From Sphaerodactylus townsendi (taxonomy: Eukaryota): a DNA stretch of 64,000 nt. Numbering within the stretch: the first letter of the stretch is position 1; every line of letters starts with the position of its first letter. Under the pieces are notes generated by a model that did not search any database, was not told where the DNA came from, and saw only the letters and a list, made by a program, of their open reading frames with translations. The translations under genes were made by a program, and so were the position numbers. Location of the stretch: the NCBI RefSeq assembly GCF_021028975.2, contig NC_059428.1, positions 35,588,001 to 35,652,000 of the forward strand. The letters are read 5' to 3'. This document shows, in pieces, positions 49,108 through 63,089 of this stretch.

Positions 49108-50334
49108 TCTAACCCTATATAATTCACTATGATAACCCCTCAGCCAATGGGTGCATAGGAGACACTCCTGTGTGCCCATTGGCTGTGGGTTCGTCATCAC
49201 ACTCAGAAAAGCCTGGTGGCGAAGCAATGCCAATCTGAACTCCCACTAGGCCTCCCACCTGCCGCCCAATTTCCCCAACCACCCTCCCCTCACCCCAAAA
49301 ATGAACCCAGGCCCAACAGCCCTCCCACTGGGCCTCCCATTCCCCTCCCTTTCCCTCAGCAACCCTCCCACTGCCCAACACACCAATCCCGATCTGGCAG
49401 AGATGTGCCAAACTGCACTCCTGCTGGACCTCCCACCTGTTTCCCTATTCCCCCAGCCACCCTCTCCCAACTCCAAACACTAACCCTGGCCCAATGAAGA
49501 AGTGGTGCCAAGCTACCCTCCTGTCAGGTTTCCTGCCTACATCCCCATCCCCCCAAGCTACCTTCCCCTTGCCCAACGCACCAACCCCCACCCAGCAGAG
49601 AAACACCATGAAACATGCCCTCCCTTGGGACCTCCCATCCACCTCCTGATTCCCCCAGCCATATCCCCCCAACCCCAATTACTAGCCCCACCCTCCTGAC
49701 TGGGGCACTGGCCTCTGGACACCCACTCCAGCCCTGGCAACCCACCTACAAGGCCTGAAGGGCCGCACCAGCATGGAGCAGCGATGGAGCAGTAGTGGAG
49801 TGCCAGAGCAATCCCCGGAGTGAGCTGGGGGGACAGGAGATGTGTTGTGGGGATAGTGAAAGTGGGCAGCTAGCGCAACCTGCCACCAGCTTATTCAGTC
49901 CTCTGCACACACTTTACCCCACTTACCCTCCCCATAGGCATTTTTAAGTAAGACTGCATAGGCACTTTATAAGTCTGGGAATTTTAAATTTTTAATCCCT
50001 GTTCCAATCAATGTATTTTATCTATTGTTTTGCTATTAGAGTGAGATGGGATTTTAAGTACTAGTCATTGACTGCAAACAAATAATAATTATAACATTCA
50101 GTTCATGTGAATACTCTCTTTTTATATACCACAGACTACGTATTACCTTTGATCGGTGTTTCTAGTGTTCTTTTTTTCATACACATATAGTCTATGGTAA
50201 TGGTACTGTGAAATTGATGCACTTTTGTTCTGTTGTACTGGTCATTGACTGTAAATAAATGAATGGATTGGACCCCACTTACCCACCTGTCTAGAGCCCA
50301 TTTCATTGCAGTTTGAAATGGGCTTTACTGCTAG
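49108..50334 (+). mobile_element. Non-autonomous Helitron
   Basis: 5' TCTAACCCTATATAAT; 3' 11-bp hairpin agcccatttca/tgaaatgggct (50295-50324) then CTAG (50331-50334); no TSD; splits a LINE/SINE tail gggctg|caaataaaataaa; internal degenerate ~90-100-bp C-rich tandem array. Confidence 0.75.
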
Positions 50335-52974
50335 CAAATAAAATAAATAAAATAAATTTGTGCAAGTCTTCGAGCTAAGCTGCTTGTAAGAGTCTGTCAG
50401 GCCCCTTGGTTAAAAAAAGGAGTGCAGGTGGTTTGGGCATATGCCATATTTGAGGAATAGATAATAATGCTTCCCCGAGAAAATTTATGCTTCCAGTGCA
50501 ACATTCTTCCATTCTGCCCAGAACAGTGTTTGTAATTAAATTGTTCATAATAGTTCAGTAGCGGGAAACAAGTCTACTTTGCTAATGTGGAAATATAGTG
50601 CTTGAGGGAATCATGTAGCTTTTAACAGGAACCAGTGCGGTGAAGTGATTAAAATGTTGGCTTAGGATCTGGGAGATACAGGTTTGAATTCTGACATAGA
50701 AGCTTTCTGAGTGATCCTTGGCAAGTCTCAAGCCTGCTGAGTGAACTTGGACCAGTCACAGTTTTCTCAGAACTCTCTCAGGCCCACCTATTGCACAAGG
50801 TGTCTGTTGGAGGGAGAGGAAGGAATTGTGATAGTAAGCCACTTTGAGACTCCTTATGGTAGAGAAAAGCGAGGTATAAAAACCAACTCTTCTTTCTCTT
50901 TTTCCCTCAGCCTAAACTACCCCACAGGATTGATGTGAGAATAAAATGAAGGTGAGAATGCTGTAGGCCACTTTGGATCCCTTTGGGGAGAAAAGTGGGG
51001 TACCAATGAAATAAATAACAAGGAGAAAGAAATGAATGAAGGCCAGGGTAGATTTAGTGGAGCTGAGGTGCAAGCTTGATCTTGGAAAGGCTTGACTGAA
51101 ATCCTCTGTTTAACTAGAAATTCTTCTTTTCTTTTGAAGCTGTGGGCAAATTACTTTTTGTGATGTGAACAAATATTTTTAGTTTCTGGCATAACGAGGA
51201 GGGTTCATCCAATACAGTTAATTTGTGGGATTGCTGTCATAACCTTATGACCAAAATAGTCCCAGAAGATCTTGGCTCCCAGTCAGAGGGACAAGGGATC
51301 TCCAGACTTCATCTTTTGGTTTGTCAAGGGCAGTCTCTCTCTCTCTGTGTGTGTCTCTCTGTGCCCTTGAAACAGCTGGGATGTCCCTGGCTCCCCCCCT
51401 TTCTTGGACTCATTCATAATCACGATCTTCCATCGCCATGCTGTCAATGCCCATGATGCAAATGATTTTTGCCTCTTTTGTTTCAATACCATCTCACTGA
51501 ACAAATCGTTTTAGTTGTCATGTTGTTCGAGTGTTCTTTGGCTATCGGCTGCATCTATTTTCTCTGAATCCTCATGTTCCCTTGAGCTCCCCCCCGCCCG
51601 CCTTTTTACTGCCTGCTCAACCGTGCTTCAAAAAGGTATTTATAGTATCTGACTGATTGTGAGGGCTGAAGGTTTGTTTCTGTTTCTGGGGAGCCCCAAA
51701 CAGGTGCTACTACAACTAGTGGTAGAAGCAAACCGCTCACCTTGCATGCTACAGACCAAACTTGGAATGCTGACTGACCTGTGTGAGCAGGAAAAAACTT
51801 CGCAGGCTTCCTAGAGCCACATTCCCCCTGCTGCATGAAACAGTCTTCCAGCGTCAGCAGTATCTTGATGTAATTGACAAGAGGTGCTGGATGCTTGCTG
51901 AGTCAGTGAGGTGTGCGCTTGCCAAGTGACTGCAGCAGCAGATCGGAGGCTTTTGCTCGCCTCCGATGGAGTGAAGCCCGGGCTTTGTGGTCTGTCTAGC
52001 TGTCGATGTGCCTCCTTAACTTTGGGCTTCCCTCCATGGTGTAATATTTGGCAGCATTACCCCAAGTGTGGAGCCCAGGAGAGAAAAGGGGGAAAGGAGA
52101 TGTTCTTGCCTTAGCATGACCAAAGCCCTGGGTTCTTGGTTTTGAGATCTTCGCAAGCCTTGGTCTCCCTTCTGCCCCAACCCAGGCAGAATGTTGTGAC
52201 CTGACCCGGTTTGACTGCAAGCAGAAAAAGAATTAATCCTCAAGCATCATGTTTTTCTGTTGGTGTGCAAAGCCTAAACTTAGATACGGGGGTATGGAAC
52301 CCACAACTGTCACTATTATTATTTTGCACATTTGGCTACACAACTTTTGAATGTGCAGGATTCATATACCAGGTTTTTTAAAAGATTGGTATTGTTCAAA
52401 ATTAGCACATGGATGCTTTTTTTACACTCCATTGTGGAGTATATTGATCTTAATACAAAAACACTGTGCAGCACTGTGTTTTCCTTCTTTCTGCCTAGGA
52501 GTGTGCTGAATGTTTGCCTATGAAAGTTTTCAGGGTGAAAGAAAGGGAATTCAGAGGCCTCCCTGCTCTCCAGCCAATCTTTTCTTGTAATTTCTAGGGT
52601 TGCCAGTGGTACCCTGGTGCCAGCGGAGGATAGGAAGTAGGGTTGCCGGATGTAGGATGGAAAACTTCTGAAGATTATGGAATGGAGCCTGAAGAGAACA
52701 GAAACCTCAGTGGGATACAATGCCACGAAGTCCACTCACCAAGACCACCATTTTCTCCAAGGAAACTGATAGCTGTCTGGAGATGAGCTGTAATTCCAGG
52801 AAACCCCAGGTCCCATCTGGAAGCTGGCATCCACATCTCACAATGATGTTTTACAACAGCAAATTTATTTTTGCTGCTTTGACACCATTTCCTTTCTGCC
52901 TGGCAGATTGATTACATATTGCTGTATACACTGGGGGGCAACAATGTTTGTAATAGAGCTCTGTCTCAAGTAAC

Positions 52975-53260
52975 CATTCAAAGTGCTGCCACAGGAGATG
53001 GTGATGGCCACTAACCTGGATAGCTTTAAAAGGGTCTTGGACAGATTTATGGAGGAGTAGTCGATCTATGGCTACCAATCTTGATCCTCCTTGATCTGAG
53101 ATTGCAAATGCCTTAGCAGACCAGGTGCTCAGGAGGAGCAGCAGCAGAAGGCCATTGCTTTCACTGCCTGCATGTGAGCTCCCAAAGGCACCTGGTGGGC
53201 CACTGCAAGTGGACTAGATGGACTCTGGTCTGATCCAGCAGGCTCTTTCTTATGTTCTTA
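52975..53260 (+). mobile_element. CR1 3' end
   Basis: Reverse complement of positions ~57-350; ttcttatgttctta tail. Confidence 0.92.
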
Positions 53261-55902
53261 AAGTGAAAGCAATGTTTTCTGTCTCCGCTCTGAATTGGCT
53301 TAATGATATTGCAGAACTGGCCAGTCTGATTGGCTTTGTGGTAGCAAGTCAAATTAGAGAGAAAGCAGGCAGTATTTCTCTCACTCAGAACTGATGGTGT
53401 AGGAAACCATACCTTGTTTGAACTTCCCAGTTACAGTTTTAAATTGTGATCTTTTATGCATTTTTATTATTGTTGTTTTAATTGGATTGTATGCTGCCTT
53501 GAGTTCTGCAAGGTAGAATGGCAGCTAATAAATATTTTAAACAAAAATAAATACATATTTTGACAGGCTTCTGATCAGATAGCCTTGATGTTCTCAGGTG
53601 AAATTTGTCTTGAGCACAGCATCACTCAGAGCAATGTTGTGCCTGTGCATTAGCTACTTGTGCCATGGGGTCAGGTTGGTTACAGCTTGTGGCTACTTTT
53701 ACCCAGAAGAAAATCATGGAAGAGAAATATAAAGATGAGAGGTAGTATCCCCCAGGGCCATGACTACGTCATTAAATTAACTGATTCGTATTGTGAATCA
53801 GTTCACCAGCTCTTTATGCCTGAGTAACCAGATGCATAATCAGCATTGGATAGACTACTGTATCTGTGCCCCTGGGCAACCAGTAGCATCTTTTTGAGAA
53901 GTGATCACAAGAACTGATTGCACAATTAGCGAGGATAATTTGTCAAAGCACACAGAAACATCCAGGTAATAAATCTCAACCCAAGAAATCTTCCTTAGTT
54001 TTGTGGTTGTCTTTACTGTGTGTCTTTGAAAAACTGGAGACTCCAGCAGCTGGTGGTGGTGGTGGTGGTGATGATGAGTTGCTGTTGAGAAAACAGTCTA
54101 AGCATTGAAAAATAAGTATAATTGTACAAAGCTGGATGCACCCAAATGGCTTACTCCGAACAAGCAAGACATACGTCTTTTGGTGGTTTGCACATTAATA
54201 CTGAGAACATTTCCATCCCTGTTTGCAGTATCCCCCACCCCCACCCCCTGGTCATCAAATGGATATAACATTTTGAATTTGGTAAAAATATTTCCAAAAC
54301 ACACCTCCTATCTGGGGGTTAGTCCTAATTTTGGTTGATCTGTTTCTTGGATGAAATGGACTGCTGTTGCAATTAACTAGAATGTTTACCAAATTGGCAT
54401 TCGTGCTGTATGAATAGGTCCCTGATGTATAACTAATTATTGCAATTTGTTTTGTATGTCAGTGAAAAAATTTGGCTTGAGATGTCCAACCCAAACAACG
54501 TTACTTATGTTAGGCTCGTTTCAACTTTAATTTGCCCTTTTGGGCATGTCTCCTTATCTGGAACATGGGTGAATAGAACTGTTTGCAAAATACAGCATGT
54601 GATATTTTCCATCAATGTTTAGTAAGTTTTCTGAATATTTTGGGACAATGTATAGTTTTAAATTGCCACTTCCACATTTTACCTGCAAAGTCTTGGTGTG
54701 CTGTTGTTGATGTTGGTCATAGCACATTTACAATATAATCCTAAATAGAACTGTATCCTTCTAAGTCCGTAGAAATGAATGGGTTTAAAAGGATATAACT
54801 CTTAAGCTGGTACTGTGAGTTAGCTATACCTTCAGTCATTTCCATACAAGAAGTTTGGGCTGGTAGTTCATTCCTAAAGATGTGGGACTTATTTGATTTC
54901 TTTAAAAAAAGCTGACAGGAATTTTGGTGATAAGAATTTGATATCTAATAATTACGTATATTTGGACCATCTGTGTTATAGTGTATCAACTTGGACTCAA
55001 CAGATATAATGCCATCAGTTTTAACTAAGTAGGTGAGTTATGGGTGTCAATGGAGGAATTTAAAGTGTCAAATTATTTATTTAGCAATTAGTAATGTGAA
55101 GAGTGCTGCTTGCTTCAGTGGCAGGTTCCAGGACATTATGGAAGAGTAACAATTTGTCAATAATTTAACTTACATTTTAACTCCAGTAGAATATTACAGT
55201 AGGGATCCTGTGGCAAATCTCTACTGACAGAAGGGATTCCCTTTTCGTCTCTCCTGTACCCCAAAAAAGCTGCTCAAGGGGACCTCAGGAACAGTGTTAT
55301 GTGAGGTGGAAGTTGAAGAACGGGGAACTGGCAAAAATCACCTTCCTTGGGAGTCCTCTGTACATACATAGCAGCATTAATAAACATCTAGTGATGCCTC
55401 AGAGTCTTTTGTGTATGACTTTTGATGATTCAGTGCCTTGTATAAAAAAGAGTAGTGTGATGGAATGCAGTTCTCTGTTCTAAAAAAGGCTGTATCTTAT
55501 CTGCACCCTAATTTTTATGAAAAAGATGTACATTAAGGAGACCCGTGTTTTCTACCTACTGTGTTACTTACCACTTTCTAACTGAGTGATTTCTGTAAGT
55601 ACAGGGCAGTTGGTGCTGACTTAATGGCCACCTAGCATAGACTGATGGCTCTTCGATATTTCACACTTCATAGGGAAGCTGGTATCCTCCTGGCTTGAAA
55701 GTGGACTGCCTTCCAACTGCCATTTGGCCGCAGCAGGTTTTGAACAGCCAAAACTGAACTCAATGTTTTAATTATAAATGTTGCTGCTGCAGGTAGCAAC
55801 AAAACTGATGACAGTTATTTCGGTTTCCAGGTCAGCCTCTGTTTTCCCATCCAAAGTGGGAATTGTAGTGGCCTATCTCCTGGGGGCAGACAGTAATGAC
55901 CT

Positions 55903-56027
55903 TAAGAACATAAGAACATAAGAACTAGCCTGCTGGATCAGACCAGAGTTCATCTAGTCCAGCACTCTGCTACTCGCAGTGGCCCACCAGGTGCCTTTGG
56001 GAGCTCATGTGCAGGATGTGAAAGCAA
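55903..56027 (-). mobile_element. CR1 3' end (short)
   Basis: taagaacataagaacataagaac tail, same sequence as 57-170. Confidence 0.9.
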
Positions 56028-56193
56028 AACAGATCAACCTTGTCACATGGGGTATACTATAGAACAATAGTAGTATTTTTCCTTATGCCATTCATTTGAA
56101 AATTAGGAAGCGGTGAGCAAATATGTTGTTTAGCCACCTTACCAGTCTAATTAGCATTGCCAAGTCCCAGGTGGCACTGGGAGATCTCCAGGA

Positions 56194-56195
56194 AT

Positions 56196-56238
<43 letters not shown>

Positions 56239-56240
56239 TT
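56194..56240. repeat. (TTTA)n microsatellite, tail of a short retroposon fragment
   Basis: About 11 TTTA units. Confidence 0.9.
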
Positions 56241-57192
56241 GTTTAAACTTTTATACCGCCCCATCCCCGAGGGGCTCTGGGCGGAATTAGAAATGATCTC
56301 CAGATGACAAAGGTCAAATTACAGATCTCCAGATTACAGGGGTCAATCCCCATTTTCCACAGAAAAATGGCTGATTAGGGAGGATGGACAATATTGCATA
56401 ATATCTTGCTAGGTGTCCCTTCCTTACCAAAATTCCACTGTCACTAGGCTACACTCCCAAATCTCCTGCAATTTCCAGACCCAGAGCTGACAAGGTAATA
56501 AGCATGTGCATTGATATAGACTGGCCTAGGGGTGGCACCAAACATTGTCAGGTCTGTTCTACAGAAGGAGGAAAAGAACCATAGAGAATGGAGAGTGACC
56601 ACTGACTTATAGTGACTGGCCACTCAATAAGGCTGCTGTCTGAGACCATCTCATGCATACCCCATCTTTTCCCTCACATGCCCAGGACCTAGAGCAGCCA
56701 GTGCTGATAAGAACATAGATGATCCCTCTGGATCAGTCCAATTAAAAAAAGAGTGTGGATTTATACCCCACTTTTCTCAACCATAAGGAGTTTCAAAGCA
56801 GATAACAGACTCCTCACAGATTCTTGTGAGGATTTGGAAAGTTCACTTAGACATCTGCAGATCAATTACATGTGTCTGGGTGATAAAGAGAGAAGGAACT
56901 CTCCTGAGCTAGGGGCAGTGTAGGTGATGGTAGTATAAGGGTGGACGTTGACTGCTTCCCCCGCTCCTACGCCATTGGGTTGGTTAAATGGTGGGTTGGT
57001 TTTAAAAAGTTTAATGATGTTTTAACTGAAATGTTACATTGTACACTGCCCAGAGCCCTTTCAGGGGTGGATGGTTTAGTAAGTCTAAATTATAAACAAA
57101 CAATAAATAGCCACTTGAGGACAGCTCCTCCTCACCTTACCTCATTAGGTAGCAGCCCTGGTGGTCCAGATGAATCTTTGAAACGACTGAGT

Positions 57193-57685
57193 GGCCCTTT
57201 CTGCACAACACAAATAAAATGTCTTGAGGACATAAATAGAAGTGTTTTGGGGAGGAGTTCTGCACAGCTTTTTCCTCAGAACCGTTTTTTGCTTTATTTG
57301 TCCTCATAGTGTGGAAAAATAAAACTGTAGAGACTCAATATGAGAATTGGCACCAAATTCCATATTGAGTCTCTGTAACTGTGAAAACACCTAACAGAAA
57401 ACAAAAAAAGGCAGGGGGGAATGACACGTTCTCATAATCTAAGTTTATTTATGTACTTTAAATACTGAAATAGTAGGCAGCCATGATGCCAGTTGAGGAA
57501 ACATCCATGGGGAACACTCAGCAAAGATTGGCATGGAAAATACCTGAAGCCGCAGAAAATGGGAGGAAAATGAGCTGCGTTAGGTAGAAATGCTTTCTTT
57601 TTCAGCGCTATGTGGACAGAAAAAAGGTGAAAATACTTTTTATAACATCTGCAAGATATTTTATTTGTGTTGTGTGGGAAAAGCC
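57193..57685. mobile_element. PIF/Harbinger non-autonomous element
   Basis: ~34-bp TIR ggccctttctgcacaacacaaataaaatgtcttg / caagatattttatttgtgttgtgtgggaaaagcc; 3-bp TSD AGT. Confidence 0.85.
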
Positions 57686-60212
57686 AGTGTCAGATGGCCA
57701 TTTCCCCTTTTCTCAGGCCTAGTAGTTAAACAAACCTTTTGCATTGCTGGATTGCTGGATTAACGGAATCACAATCCAGGAAACCCGCCCCCCCCCCCCC
57801 AATGTGATGGCAATTGGGAGGTCACTGGCTCTAGATTGTTGACTTATTTGATGTGGTGTTCAACTCTCTTTGAAGGATTAGTTCTACAACTCAGAGGTCC
57901 TTCTCCCTAATTTCCTGCAGGGAAATTGTACTTTTCTGGGACTCTTAACCATTCTCTGGTAAACTTTAGATTTGATTTCTGTAATGAACATATGCAGAAT
58001 TGTCCTGGAAAGGCTTCAAAATCTTAATTTTGTCCAAAAAAACACTGGCCAAAATGTGAACTGGTACAAGGTGGAAGGGATTTCTTAAAAGACCAGCATT
58101 GTCTGTTCTTAGTGACAATTATGGTATTTTTATGCCATTTGCGATGTCTTTCTTTCCTTATGAAAAGCTTCCTCTGATATGCTAAATAATAATTCAATAA
58201 ATAATGATAATAACCCCTCTTCCACCCATTGAAATCTTCTGCCCAGCAGGTAGTTCCAAGTTCTAATGCCTTCATGGCAGAGGTGCCCAAGCTATGGTAA
58301 CCTTCCACAAAGATTCCTTTGGCATCCTTCCTTCTATCTTTTAGGAGGTAAGTAAAAACCTTCCTCCCTTCCCCACTGGAAGGCTTTTGACTGAACCGCT
58401 TTTAAATTGGGGGACAGCGATTTTAATCCTTATAAAGTCTTTTTGGGGGATTCTTATTGCTGATTTTCTTATTTTTGAATTGACTGTTCACAATTTTTTG
58501 TGTTTGTGAACTACTCGTCTGGTTATAGAACAGTATATGTGCTAAATAATTAAGAAATAAACACTATATGGTTTTTCTTTCTGTTTTAAAGACAACATTT
58601 ACGGAATTATTGTTTCTTCTTCCCTCTGAGGCATATTTTTAGAAAACTTGCTATTCATTAAGTCTGTGTACTTAACAGGGTGATTCTGTTCTGTACATTA
58701 CAGTTTTTTCCCCCCTTTCCTTTTTTCAGGGCTGAAGGATGCATTTGCTGAGGCTGCATTCTTTTCTCTACCATTTAAGCTTCTTTAAAACATCTAACCA
58801 AGGTTCTAAGGACAAATCTTGCCAGCAGTGTCTGGGTGAAACTGTATTATTTAAAAGACCTTCCTCTTTCCTGTGCCTTAGACATTTGTTACATTACTGG
58901 GTATTATATTAACCTGTCAGAATCTCCTCCTCTCATTCCCATAAGGTGGGGAAGGCATATCTCAAGAGAGGGCATCACCCGCTGAAAACCACCATTCTCC
59001 TTTTCCTGTCTGTCTGGAAGCTCAAATGTTTAGCATCACATTTCAAAGTGAGATCTTCTTTCAGGGCTTTGATTGATGATGCTGATTGTCCTTTGTCTCT
59101 CTTTCAGCGTTTCTGTAGGGCAGCAGTCTGGTCAGCCAGATATCACAGGTCATAAAAAATAGCGGGTGATGGAAGAGGACATGAAATATGTTGTATCTTC
59201 CTTCCAATCCTTTCCTCATGAGCATGATTTTGCTTTAGTTCCCTCTTCTTTCAGTTTACCTCTAGTGTTAAGTTGGAACGCTGAGAACAGATAGACGCAT
59301 TTTCCCCCCTAGGACACCCCTGCAGACAGTTACCCCAAATTGGAGTATACTACCTATTTTTGGCTTTCTTGTCAATGGATGTGAAAGGAATCAGAATTTA
59401 CAGAAGGCTCCAGATTGTCTGTTCTTCTGAATTTTAGACTAGTCTGAAATTGTGATCCTGTATATATTTACTCAAGGTTAAACCTCACTAAACTACACAG
59501 GATTTTTTCCCAAGGTATACGTGCATAGGGACAGACTGTGTGTCCTGTTGGAAGCAACTCAGCTTGTGTCTATGTTGCATGAATGTATGGTGGATGATGA
59601 TGGTAACAGACTTTTACATAGTAGGTAAAATCAGTGCCTTAAATTCAGCCCTCATATCAGGACCCTCAGATGGGACACAGAGCCCCTCGTTTGGTTCATG
59701 GTTCCCCCTGCTTTGGAAAAATACTTGCTGGAAATGCACACATGAAGAGAGCAAGTATTCCAAGCAGGACAAGGTCACTCTGCAGCAAGGAGAACTCTGT
59801 TCCTCCACAGCTTTGACCCCGGCTCACACTTTCACTATAGCTGGTTGGAGATGGAAAATTGCTGGAAATTTTAAAGCAGCAGGGGGAAAGGGGGGGATAT
59901 TAGTGGAAATATTAGCGGAAATTAAAACCTATTTAATTGTTGCTCTCCTATCAGACAAAAATTATCTTGACGGATTTAACATAAAAAATGCATAATTTGT
60001 AATGGGCAGAGCAATCCTGAGGGCTGCTGGTTGCACTGTGGCCAGCCATTGATGTAACTATGGTGGTGCTAGTCTGCTCCCTAAAGGGTTTCGTTAGTAA
60101 GTGGCCAGCAGGAAAAAGAGAGTGTTGCTGGGTTTTTGGAGGCTGCAACAGCATCAGTGTCCCCAGTAACTGTGCTGTTGCATCCTATCTAGATGTTCTG
60201 TTGCAATGCCTA

Positions 60213-61346
60213 TGTTGTGATCAATAGAATAAGTAGAACCAGCCAGGGGCCAGCAGGAGTGTGGCGGGGGGGGGGGCACTAATGTTGTGCATGTCATAAC
60301 TGAGAAGCAGGAGGGGTGGGGCCAGAAAGTGAGGCTCAGTACTTACAGCATACTCCCTCCCCCTTAAAGGGACAGACCCTGCCATCAGTCCCTGAGCAAC
60401 TGACAGAATTAGCAAGGGCTCCAGCAATCCTCCTCTTGTAGAAACCCACATCAGGACCTCAGCCAAAGTGAAGCAAAGGCTGCCATCATTTTGAAAGGGG
60501 CTTAGGGACCTGACAAGGAGATGGGTGCACTGGTTTCCGTTTACCAATGGGTTTCCCTCCCTGCAGCCTGACTATGCTGCAGATGGTGCCCCTGTACCAC
60601 CCCTGCCCCCGGCCACAACCACCAGGAGCAGAGTATGAAAGGGAGCAGCTAAGGTTCCCTCCATTCACTAGCGGGTGTGCCTCTCAGCAACCCAGACATA
60701 CTGCAGAGAGCACCCCTGCACCACTCCCTAAGCATCCCCATCAGTGGTAGGTGGCCACTGGGGTAGACTCAGGCATGCAGCACCTCTGAGACCAAGTCCC
60801 ACACTCCCTACCAATAGAAATATAAGGCATCCTATCCAGGGCTATAGCTGGGCAGGAGTGCGCCCAGGGCACACTCCGTGTTTTCCACCCTAGCTCCAGC
60901 CATACCACAGAACCACCCACAACTACTTTGGCACAGAGGCCTACGCTGAATGCGGTGAAGTGATGCTGAGAGCCTGCAGCAGTGTAACTGGCCCTTAAGC
61001 TGACATATCTGGGAGATACACCATTGTAAAGATCAGTCGACTTCCTGAGCACTCCCCCCACCACTTAAGAATTCATTGTTCATTAGCATATAAAATTGTC
61101 CTTTTAGTGTCTCTATGGAGATAAATAGGAAAATACTGTGAGAATATGTTGGTATCCAGAGCATATTCCTTATTTCATTTTTTTGCTTTGCTTCTCTTAT
61201 AATCCTTTTTATCACTACCTCTCCTTTTGTCAACCATAATTCCTTACTAAAATAAATCTAATTTACACTGTGTAAGCTCTGGACTCCTGGCTGTGCAGGA
61301 TTTATATGTGAAGCAACCAACCAACAAGTGTAGATCTGTCACAACA
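60213..61346 (+). mobile_element. Possible solo LTR
   Basis: TGTTGTGA...TCACAACA 8-bp inverted termini, AATAAA at ~61251 with U5-like tail; no TSD found. Confidence 0.35.
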
Positions 61347-61789
61347 GGGATGGTTTAGCAATGGTATAACAATGCCAAGTCACTCTGAACAGAAGTGCTG
61401 GAAGTTGGCAATGTAACAGATACCTCCTAGCCTTAGGATTGCCAACCTCTGTGACAAATATGGTTGATGCTTTACCCATCTTAATTTTGAGAAATGAAAC
61501 ATTGGTTTCTGGCTCGGCTGATTCGTTTGTAGTAAATTTGTTTTGTTTTCATTTGTATGTGGATGATGGTTTCCAAGCCACAAAGGTCTGCCTTTCATTT
61601 GAAGTTCTGAAGTGTTGAAGAAATTTTCAGACTCAAAAGCTGCATTTTTAAAATATTTTAACATGACTAGATTTTATCCTCATGTGTGTGGTTAGTACAA
61701 TCAAGTCTCTTTGAACTTTGGCGTTCCCTAAAAAGCCTGATTTTACACGTCGGGAAAGGGGAGGTGGAAGAACAGAGGGCTTGTTCACA

Positions 61790-62130
61790 TGTAAAATGTG
61801 CCATCAAGTCACTTCTGACTTATGGATCAATGACCTCCAAAACTTCTTCTCATTAACAGCCTTGATCAGGCCTTGCAAACTGAGGGCCATGGGTTCTTTG
61901 ACTGCATCAATCCATTTCATGTTGTCTTCCTCTTGCTGCTTTCAACTTTTCCAGTGACTCTTGTCTTTTCATGATATGACCAAAATACAATAACCTCAAT
62001 TTGGTCATTTTAATCCTAGTGAGAGTTCAGGTTTGATTTGATCTAGAATGCACCATTGTAAAGATTATCCATAAATCTCTCCTCCAATGCCAGATTTGAA
62101 ATGAATCAGCTTTCCTCTTGGGTGTATTGG
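61790..62130 (-). mobile_element. RTE/Bov-B or Sauria-type 3' fragment
   Basis: ccatcaagtcacttctgacttatgg, ctgctttcaacttttcca and ctcctccaatgccagatttgaaatgaatc resemble reverse-strand Bov-B 3' sequence. Confidence 0.6.
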
Positions 62131-62469
62131 CTGCTAAATGAAAAAGTGTTTCGTCTATGTTTTCCTTCAGCATATGTTTTTCCTTCAGGCATAGGAATTC
62201 ACATATCAATACATTTTCTGTGTCAGAGCAAAAGCTTAATAATGCAATCAGTTTTATGAAATATACGGCAGTGATTTTTACCATCATCATGATAGCTGAG
62301 AGCTGCTTTTGGTATTTCTAATGTGTGTCATGTACCTGTTAAGACCTTGAGCCGCAAAGCTTCCAGGCCTTATCACAGGTTGCTTTGCTATACTTTTTGG
62401 TTTCAGAAATAATTTCCCATCCGGCTGCTGCTTGAAGAACATGTCCAAAGACCCACCAGGTATGTGTCT

Positions 62470-62715
62470 GGCCCTTTCCCCACTTCAAAAGTGAAAGTGG
62501 AGGGGACCCCTGCTCCGTGTTCGGTGCGTGGTTTCAAAAAGGTGTACTTCCGACCAGGATCCGAAATGACGCGCGCTGAGGGGTGGGAGGAGCGGCAGAA
62601 TCGGGGTGACTGCGTTGTCACTGCGTTGTCACTGCTGGTGTAGTGGGGAGTGGTGCAGGACCCCGGGGTATTTGCCGTGAGGATCGCGCATCTAATGGTG
62701 GGTGGGGAATCGACC
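62470..62715. mobile_element. PIF/Harbinger MITE, CpG-rich (young)
   Basis: Termini ggccctttccccac / gtggggaatcgacc; 3-bp TSD TCT. Confidence 0.8.
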
Positions 62716-63089
62716 TCTGATAAAAACAGTGTTGTGGGTTGAGTTCTAGATGTTTCTTTGATAGGTACTTTTCTGTCAGGGAGGGGGGGGGGAAAGGATC
62801 CACCAGTAGGTGGGAGACAAAAAGGAACAAGGCGCAAGGTGGAGTGGTTTATTAGACTTTTCAGATTCCAGTTTGTTCAAGATAGAAGCCAGAGTAGTTT
62901 CTGTGTAAGTTCCCCTGATGGAACTTGTAGTGAAATGCGTTGGTATCTAACATTTCTAATAAACTGCTCTACCCTGCACCGTGTTCTTTTTATCTCTCCT
63001 AGTATCTGCTCTGTGACTCTAGTAGTAATAAAACACATTATTTTTGCTATTGTTGCGATGTCTATGGGTCCTTAAGCATTTCTATCAAC

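Noticed and set aside
49127-49745. Proline/glycine-rich ORFs
   Set aside because: Translations of the C-rich tandem array inside the Helitron
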